A stretch of DNA of 38,624 nt, from contig CAIWUA010000053.1 of assembly GCA_903915735.1 (NCBI GenBank), positions 1-38,624 of the forward strand, given 5' to 3'. Each line of letters opens with the position of its first letter. Within the stretch, counting starts at the first letter, position 1. The notes below the pieces were generated by a model. That model ran no database searches and had not been told where the DNA came from. It saw only the letters and a program-made list of their open reading frames with translations. Positions 34,067-38,624 of this stretch are shown here, in pieces. A program made the position numbers and the translations under genes. This stretch comes from Candidatus Adlerbacteria bacterium (GTDB taxonomy: Bacteria > Patescibacteriota > Minisyncoccia > Phycocordibacterales > SBAW01).

Positions 34067-35053
34067 GTGCAATTTGAGGAATATATACCGCTCGCGCCCC
34101 TGACCACCTTTTGCCTTGGCGGGCCGGCGCGATATCTTGCACGAGTGCAAGATCATAAAGAAGTTCGTGCAGCCCTCTCTTTTGCAAAAGAGAGGGCGTT
34201 AAGGGTTTTGATTCTTGGCGGCGGCTCAAATATGTTGGTCGGTGATGCGGGCTTTGACGGCTTGGTTGTCAAAATAGAGTTTAGCGGCGTTGAGTTGCAA
34301 GAGACTACTTTAATAGCCGGTGCGGGCGAAAGTTGGGATGGGTTGGTGGCGCGTGCGGTGAGCGAAGGGTTGTGGGGCGTAGAAAATCTTTCCGGCATCC
34401 CCGGTACGGTCGGCGCCGCACCGGTACAAAACATCGGCGCCTACGGCAGCGAGGTTAAAGACACGGTTGTCTGGCTCGAGGCTTTTGATATCGAGACAGG
34501 GGATATGGTGCGGTTTGCAAATAGTGAGTGTGGGTTTGGGTATCGAACCAGTGTGTTTAAAAAGTCGCCGGGCCGGTATGTGATACTGCGTGTTGCGTTT
34601 GAGTTAAAAAAAGACGGTACCCCAAATAGTTCGTATAAAGATTTAGCTGACACATCAAGGTTAAACCTTGATGAGATACGGGCAAAAGTGCTTGCTATAC
34701 GGGCGCGCAAGTTCCCCGATTTGACCAAAGAGGGTACCGCGGGCTCGTTCTTTCTTAATCCGGTGGTATCGCCCGAGGTTGCGGCCGCGCTTAAGGGGCG
34801 CTACCCCGACCTGCCGCAGTTTGCCGCCGAGGGCGGGGTTAAACTTTCGCTCGCGTGGTTGCTTGATACGGCCTTGGGTCTAAAAGGTGCGAGTGTGGGC
34901 GGCGCGCGCTTGTTTGAGCGGCAGCCGCTGGTGGTGGTTGCCTCGCGCGATGCACGTGCGCAAGACGTTGTGGCGCTCGCACAAAAAATAAAAAAAGAAG
35001 TAAAAGAAAAATTACATATAGAAATAGAAGAAGAAGTAAGAATTTTAGACTAA
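34067..35053 (+). CDS. murB: UDP-N-acetylenolpyruvoylglucosamine reductase
   Basis: 328 aa with a GTG start. PLAPLTTFCLGGPARY, ILGGGSNMLV, ENLSGIPGTVGAAPVQNIGAYG, FGYRTSVFK and GSFFLNP are MurB hallmarks. Confidence 0.9.
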   Translation: MQFEEYIPLAPLTTFCLGGPARYLARVQDHKEVRAALSFAKERALRVLILGGGSNMLVGDAGFDGLVVKIEFSGVELQETTLIAGAGESWDGLVARAVSEGLWGVENLSGIPGTVGAAPVQNIGAYGSEVKDTVVWLEAFDIETGDMVRFANSECGFGYRTSVFKKSPGRYVILRVAFELKKDGTPNSSYKDLADTSRLNLDEIRAKVLAIRARKFPDLTKEGTAGSFFLNPVVSPEVAAALKGRYPDLPQFAAEGGVKLSLAWLLDTALGLKGASVGGARLFERQPLVVVASRDARAQDVVALAQKIKKEVKEKLHIEIEEEVRILD

Positions 35054-35058
35054 CAAAG

Positions 35059-35067
35059 TTATCCACA
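35059..35067 (+). promoter_or_regulatory. Single perfect DnaA-box consensus TTATCCACA
   Basis: ttatccaca read directly, 6 nt after the murB stop. No second strong box lies nearby. Confidence 0.3.
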
Positions 35068-35121
35068 CGTGTACGCGAATGTTCGTTGTGTATGCATAAA
35101 TAAAGTTCGATACTTACAGGT

Positions 35122-35142
35122 AGAGCATCGAATTGCTCTTTT
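35122..35142 (+). terminator. Weak hairpin (6-bp stem agagca/tgctct) followed by a TTT tract; possible murB terminator
   Basis: agagca-tcgaat-tgctct-ttt, read directly. The stem and T-tract are both short. Confidence 0.25.
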
Positions 35143-35217
35143 GAAATACTCCTAGGATATTTCTTAAGAGCGGTCGAGCGATGCGTAGCCCAATCGCGGC
35201 GCAAGCCGCCAACTATT

Positions 35218-35274
35218 ATGGCCAAGAAAAAGAAGGCAGCAAAAAAGAAGAAGGCAAAGAAGGCACGCCGCTAA
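35218..35274 (+). CDS. Candidate 18-aa Lys-rich micropeptide MAKKKKAAKKKKAKKARR
   Basis: Hand translation. The ORF ends 31 nt before a strong intrinsic terminator and has no clear SD. It could be non-coding. Confidence 0.25.
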   Translation: MAKKKKAAKKKKAKKARR

Positions 35275-35305
35275 ATTGCGCGCGTGTTCCTCTCGAAAAG
35301 AAAAA

Positions 35306-35328
35306 CCCCGACCTCGGTCGGGGTTTTT
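35306..35328 (+). terminator. Intrinsic terminator (ccccgacc/ggtcgggg stem + T5), with an A-tract upstream
   Basis: aaaaaccccgacctcggtcggggttttt, read directly. Confidence 0.75.
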
Positions 35329-35338
35329 CTTATATTTG

Positions 35339-35347
35339 TGGTATAGT
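35339..35347 (+). promoter_or_regulatory. Extended -10 TGGTATAGT, 11 nt upstream of the secA ATG
   Basis: tgg at 35339-35341 and tatagt at 35342-35347, then atgaccctatt, then the ATG at 35359. Confidence 0.45.
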
Positions 35348-35358
35348 ATGACCCTATT

Positions 35359-37824
35359 ATGGCCTTCTTTAAGTCTTTGTGGGGCGACCCGGCCCAAAAA
35401 ATAGTGGCCTCGAGTAAGGGGATAGTCGAGGCGGTCAATGCGCTCGAGCCGCAGTATAAGGCTCTTTCAGACGAGGAGCTCTATGACCGCACGCACAAGT
35501 TTCGCAATCGTATTTCGGCCGGCGAGACGCTCGAGGATTTGTTGCCCGATGCCTTTGCCGCAGTACGCGAGGCGTCGGTGCGCACCACGGGGCTGCGGCA
35601 CTTTGACGTGCAGCTTATCGGCGGCGTGGTGCTTAACAATCGCGGCATCGCCGAGATGAAGACCGGCGAGGGTAAAACCTTGGTGGCCACATTGCCGGCC
35701 TACCTTAACGCACTGATGGCCAAGGGCGTGCACATTGTTACCGTCAACGACTACTTGGCGCGCCGCGACGCCGCGTGGATGGGCCAGGTGTATGCCGCGC
35801 TCGGCATGTCGGTGGGTATCATCGGCAGCGACGGCTCGTACCGCTATGACCCCAAGCATCTTGAGGTCGACAAAGAGCGCGACCAAGAGGGGAGCTTTAA
35901 AGTATTTTATGACTTTTTGCGGCCGTGCACGCGCCGCGAGGCCTACGAGGCCGACATTACCTACGGCACCAACTCCGAGTTTGGCTTTGACTACCTGCGC
36001 GACCATATTAGCTACGACGCGCGCGAGCTGCGCCAGCGCGGCCACTACTTTGCGCTGGTCGACGAGATAGACTCTATCCTTATCGACGAGGCGCGCACCC
36101 CGCTTATCATATCGGCGCCGGCCCAAGAGTCCGAAGATTTGTACCGCACGATGGCGCGCATCGCCACGCAGCTGCAGCCCGAGCGTGACTACACCGTGGA
36201 TGAAAAGCAGCGTGCCATCCAACTGACCGACGACGGCATTACCCGGGCCGAAAAGGCGCTGGGTATAGACAATATATATACCGAGGGCGGTATTAAGTAC
36301 GTGCACCATCTCGAGACGGCCGTGCGCGCCCAAGCCTTGTTTCATTTAGACAAAGAGTATGTGATACGCAATGGCGAGGTGGTTATTGTCGATGAGTTTA
36401 CCGGCCGTTTGCAGCCGGGGCGCCGCTGGAGCGACGGCTTGCACCAAGCCATTGAGGCCAAAGAGGGTGTGGCCGTGCAAAAAGAGTCGCGCACGTTTGC
36501 CTCGATTACCTACCAAAACTACTTTAGGCTCTACGACAAACTCGCGGGCATGACCGGCACGGCCAAAACAAGCTCTGAGGAGTTTTATAAGGTGTATGGG
36601 CTCGAGGTTATTGAGGTCCCGACCAACAAGCCGGTGGTGCGCAAAGACAATAATGACTTTATCTTCCAAACCGAGGCGGGCAAGTTTGCCGCGGTCGCCA
36701 AAGGGGTTAAGCAGCTGCACCACAAAGGGCAGCCGGTGTTGGTGGGCACTGTCTCGATAGAAAAGAACGAGCTCTTGAGCAACTACCTGCGCCGCGAGGG
36801 CGTGCCGCACGAGATGCTCAACGCTAAAAACCACGAGCGCGAGGGCGAGATCATTGCTAACGCCGGTAAAAAGGGCAAGGTGACCGTGGCCACCAACATG
36901 GCCGGCCGCGGCGTCGACATCAAGCTCGGCGGTGCCCTTGCCACGGCGGCCGAGGCCGAGGAGGTGCGCGCACTCGGGGGGCTCTTTGTGCTTGGCACCG
37001 AGCGCCACGAGGCGCGCCGTATCGACAACCAGTTGCGCGGCCGCTCGGGCCGCCAAGGCGACCCGGGCGAGACGCAGTTTTTTGTGTCGCTCGAGGACAG
37101 CCTGATGCGCATCTTTGCCCCGGAGTCGATTAAGACCATGATGGGGCGCTTTGGGATCCCCGAGGACGAGCCTATCGAAAACCGCATGGTCAACCGCGCA
37201 CTCGAGAGCGCCCAAAACAAAATAGAGGGTTTTAACTTTGACGCACGCAAGCACGTGCTCGAGTTTGACAACGTGCTCGACAAACAGCGCCGCGCTATCT
37301 ACGAGCGCCGCACCAAAATTTTGACCGGCCGCACGCACACTATTGCCGAGGTGTTGGCCGAGTTGGCGGGGGACAGCACCGAGGCCAAAGCCCTGCTCGA
37401 CAAAAAAACCGAGGAGCTGGGCGAAGAGGCATTTCTTAACGCGGCACGCGGCGTCTGCCTGCAGACCCTTGATATGTTGTGGGTCGACCATTTGGAGTCG
37501 ATGGAGTACCTGCGCGGCTCGGTTAACCTGCGCGCCTATGGCCAACGCGACCCACTAACCGAGTACCGTCGCGAGGGCACGCAGATGTTTAAAAACTTAG
37601 AGGAGATGTACCGCGGGCGGGTGTTCGAGATGCTCGATAATTTGACGCCCCAACCCAACCCGATGATAGCGCAGATGCCCGCGCCGGTTATCACCGTGCA
37701 CGCACCCGGTGCCGACGTGATAGGCCGCAACGATCCGTGCGTGTGTGGGTCGGGTAAAAAATGGAAGTCCTGCGGCCTAAAAAATACCGAAGAGCACCAA
37801 CGCTTGCTGGCGGAGAAAAAGTAA
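35359..37824 (+). CDS. secA: Preprotein translocase ATPase SecA
   Basis: 821 aa. MKTGEGKTLVATLPAYLNAL, LVDEIDSILIDEARTPLIIS, GRSGRQGDPG, and a C-terminal zinc motif CVCGSGKKWKSCG. Confidence 0.95.
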   Translation: MAFFKSLWGDPAQKIVASSKGIVEAVNALEPQYKALSDEELYDRTHKFRNRISAGETLEDLLPDAFAAVREASVRTTGLRHFDVQLIGGVVLNNRGIAEMKTGEGKTLVATLPAYLNALMAKGVHIVTVNDYLARRDAAWMGQVYAALGMSVGIIGSDGSYRYDPKHLEVDKERDQEGSFKVFYDFLRPCTRREAYEADITYGTNSEFGFDYLRDHISYDARELRQRGHYFALVDEIDSILIDEARTPLIISAPAQESEDLYRTMARIATQLQPERDYTVDEKQRAIQLTDDGITRAEKALGIDNIYTEGGIKYVHHLETAVRAQALFHLDKEYVIRNGEVVIVDEFTGRLQPGRRWSDGLHQAIEAKEGVAVQKESRTFASITYQNYFRLYDKLAGMTGTAKTSSEEFYKVYGLEVIEVPTNKPVVRKDNNDFIFQTEAGKFAAVAKGVKQLHHKGQPVLVGTVSIEKNELLSNYLRREGVPHEMLNAKNHEREGEIIANAGKKGKVTVATNMAGRGVDIKLGGALATAAEAEEVRALGGLFVLGTERHEARRIDNQLRGRSGRQGDPGETQFFVSLEDSLMRIFAPESIKTMMGRFGIPEDEPIENRMVNRALESAQNKIEGFNFDARKHVLEFDNVLDKQRRAIYERRTKILTGRTHTIAEVLAELAGDSTEAKALLDKKTEELGEEAFLNAARGVCLQTLDMLWVDHLESMEYLRGSVNLRAYGQRDPLTEYRREGTQMFKNLEEMYRGRVFEMLDNLTPQPNPMIAQMPAPVITVHAPGADVIGRNDPCVCGSGKKWKSCGLKNTEEHQRLLAEKK

Positions 37825-37866
37825 ACTATCATACGGTTTAGAGTTCTCTAGCAGAGGAGTCAGGCC

Positions 37867-38088
37867 ATGGCCTACTTTGGTTCTACCCGCTCTACTCGTG
37901 ACATTAATCGGGAGATTATCGGCGGTAACATCGACCGCGACCCAGTCGGCCGGCGGCTGACACCTGAGGCGCGAGAGAAGGCGATTAATTTTGCGGTCGA
38001 TAACTGGCCAGCCAACACAGGCAACGGCGTAGCGACTCAAATCGGCATCAAACACGTCACTTCAGGCGTTTTCAAAACCGATAAATAG
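37867..38088 (+). CDS. Hypothetical protein (73 aa)
   Basis: A canonical SD (gaggag) lies 8 nt upstream of the ATG, and a terminator-like hairpin follows the stop. No family recognised. Confidence 0.5.
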   Translation: MAYFGSTRSTRDINREIIGGNIDRDPVGRRLTPEAREKAINFAVDNWPANTGNGVATQIGIKHVTSGVFKTDK

Positions 38089-38114
38089 CACGGCTCTCGC
38101 GGGTCGTGTTTTTT
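38089..38114 (+). terminator. Intrinsic terminator-like hairpin (cacggc...gtcgtg) + T6
   Basis: cacggctctcgcgggtcgtgtttttt, read directly. The stem contains one G-U pair. Confidence 0.5.
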
Positions 38115-38119
38115 ATATG

Positions 38120-38125
38120 TATAGT
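38120..38125 (+). promoter_or_regulatory. -10 box TATAGT, 9 nt upstream of the ATG at 38135
   Basis: tatagt at 38120-38125 is directly preceded by tg. Then taggtaaat, then the ATG. Confidence 0.35.
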
Positions 38126-38134
38126 TAGGTAAAT

Positions 38135-38624
38135 ATGGAAGAAATTGAGGTTAAATTTTTGAATATTAATCCGGAGGCCCTGCAAAAGCAGTTGGCTGAC
38201 CTTGGCGCTACTAAAGTGGGTGAGTACTTTTATCGCCGGCGGGTTTTTGATTACCCCGATTACCGGCTTAACACGCAACATTCTTGGTTGCGCTTGCGAG
38301 ATGAAGGCGAGCAAGTGACACTCAGTTTTAAACGCCGCATGGGCGTGACATCTTCGGATGCGAGCACCAACGACGGCGGTATGCAAGAGATGGAGGTGGT
38401 GGTGAGCGATTTTAACAAGACTGCCGAGCTTATTTTGGCGCTCGGGTTTGTCGAAAAGTTTTATCAGGAAAATAAGCGCACGCGCTGGGTCAAAGACGGT
38501 GTCGAGTTTGACATAGACACGTGGCCCGAGCTCGAGCCGTATTTAGAGATAGAGGCCCCGAGTTGGGGGCAGGTAGACGAGGCTATCACGCTGCTTAAGC
38601 ACACCCAGCTTTGCAGCAAAGCCA
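38135..38624 (+). CDS. CYTH-domain protein (triphosphate tunnel metalloenzyme / class IV adenylyl cyclase-like), 3'-truncated by the window end
   Basis: Hand translation: MEEIEVKFLNINPEALQKQLADLGATKVGEYFYRRRVFDYPDYRL...WLRLRDEGEQVTLSFKRR... It has the N-terminal ExExK signature (EIEVK). There is no stop before the window end, and the ORF is absent from the track. Confidence 0.65.
   Translation, partial: MEEIEVKFLNINPEALQKQLADLGATKVGEYFYRRRVFDYPDYRLNTQHSWLRLRDEGEQVTLSFKRRMGVTSSDASTNDGGMQEMEVVVSDFNKTAELILALGFVEKFYQENKRTRWVKDGVEFDIDTWPELEPYLEIEAPSWGQVDEAITLLKHTQLCSKA

Noticed and set aside
35059-35067. The perfect DnaA box read as evidence for the replication origin.
   Set aside because: It is a single box. 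The other candidates nearby match only 6 of 9 positions, there is no dnaA/dnaN context, and no AT-rich unwinding repeats are present. It is kept only as a possible regulatory site.
35181-35357. An alternative 58-aa frame (MRSPIAAQAANYYGQEKEGSKKEEGKEG...) in the murB-secA spacer.
   Set aside because: It reads straight through the strong intrinsic terminator and the secA -10 box, and has no start context. It is less plausible than the short Lys-rich ORF or a non-coding RNA.
36346-37545. A 399-aa ORF antisense to secA. Similar long antisense or off-frame ORFs occur at 35467-36345, 16721-17671, 28382-29215, 1433-2152, 14497-15189, 9862-10383 and 10209-10859.
   Set aside because: They lie fully inside genes with unmistakable family motifs on the other strand or frame. 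Their translations are Arg/Ala/Gly/His-rich low-information strings. Stop-free antisense frames are expected in GC-rich coding DNA.
37825-37866. The tagag-tt-ctcta palindrome after secA read as a terminator.
   Set aside because: The 5-bp stem has a 2-nt loop and no T-tract, so it is not a credible intrinsic terminator. The region more likely only carries the SD (gaggag) for the next gene.
1-38624. CRISPR arrays, tRNA, rRNA or tmRNA genes.
   Set aside because: No regularly spaced direct repeats and no tRNA T-loop/acceptor-type sequence (for example GGTTCGAATCC-like) were seen in any intergenic region. The intergenic space is almost nil apart from 20407-21763 and 35054-35358.
1-38624. Alternative genetic code (UGA=Gly, code 25), as in some CPR lineages.
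   Set aside because: The family-recognisable ORFs end at their expected lengths. Of the stops I read directly, most are TAA or TAG and four are the TGA of an ATGA start/stop overlap. No recognisable gene needs readthrough of an in-frame TGA to reach normal length. The standard code 11 fits.
1-38624. A very high frequency of CTCGAG (XhoI-type) and GCGCGC hexamers.
   Set aside because: It is explained by codon usage: CTC-GAG is Leu-Glu, and GCG/CGC codons are abundant. Without genome-wide expectation values it says nothing about restriction-modification.

Overview
A 38.6-kb, visibly GC-rich bacterial chromosome segment that reads cleanly with the standard genetic code: TAA, TAG and TGA all close ORFs, and ATGA start/stop overlaps are common. 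Gene content and very tight gene packing suggest a Patescibacteria/CPR (Parcubacteria-like) genome, but that assignment is inference only.

Layout:
(1) 1-732: a terminator hairpin and an AT-rich membrane-anchored DKNYY-repeat protein.
(2) 764-3632: a soluble VirD4/TraG-like coupling-protein ATPase, translationally coupled to a ComEA-PKD-lamin-tail surface-anchored DNA-binding protein.
(3) 3629-20407: a large surface-glycan locus with 8 GT-B glycosyltransferases, a truncated UDP-sugar dehydrogenase-like protein, a NodB deacetylase and 3 methyltransferases. It also holds an MsbA/PglK-type ABC exporter flanked by two divergently placed KpsC/KpsS-like (Capsule_synth) paralogs.
(4) 20407-21763: an AT-rich island carrying an IS200-like/REP-associated tyrosine transposase (RAYT) bracketed by inverted 13-mers, plus two tiny membrane ORFs.
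(5) 21764-29179: a nonulosonic-acid (pseudaminic/legionaminic-type) module with PseB, a NeuB-family synthase, a DegT aminotransferase, a cytidylyltransferase and a methyltransferase. It is interrupted by DUF218, two orphan ORFs and a DMT-type membrane protein.
(6) 29202-34043: a Wzy_C(O-antigen ligase-like)-TPR protein, an anchored small protein, and a secreted alpha/beta-hydrolase-FN3-Ig protein.
(7) 34067-38624: murB, a 305-bp structured intergenic region, secA, a small orphan and a partial CYTH protein.

No rRNA, tRNA or CRISPR array was seen.

Most notable points:
- The ATPase/ComEA pair.
- The ABC exporter with two Capsule_synth paralogs sitting next to a nonulosonic-acid pathway rather than a Kdo pathway.
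- The RAYT island.
- A recurrent TGnTATAnT box 6-9 nt upstream of start codons, implying leaderless mRNAs.
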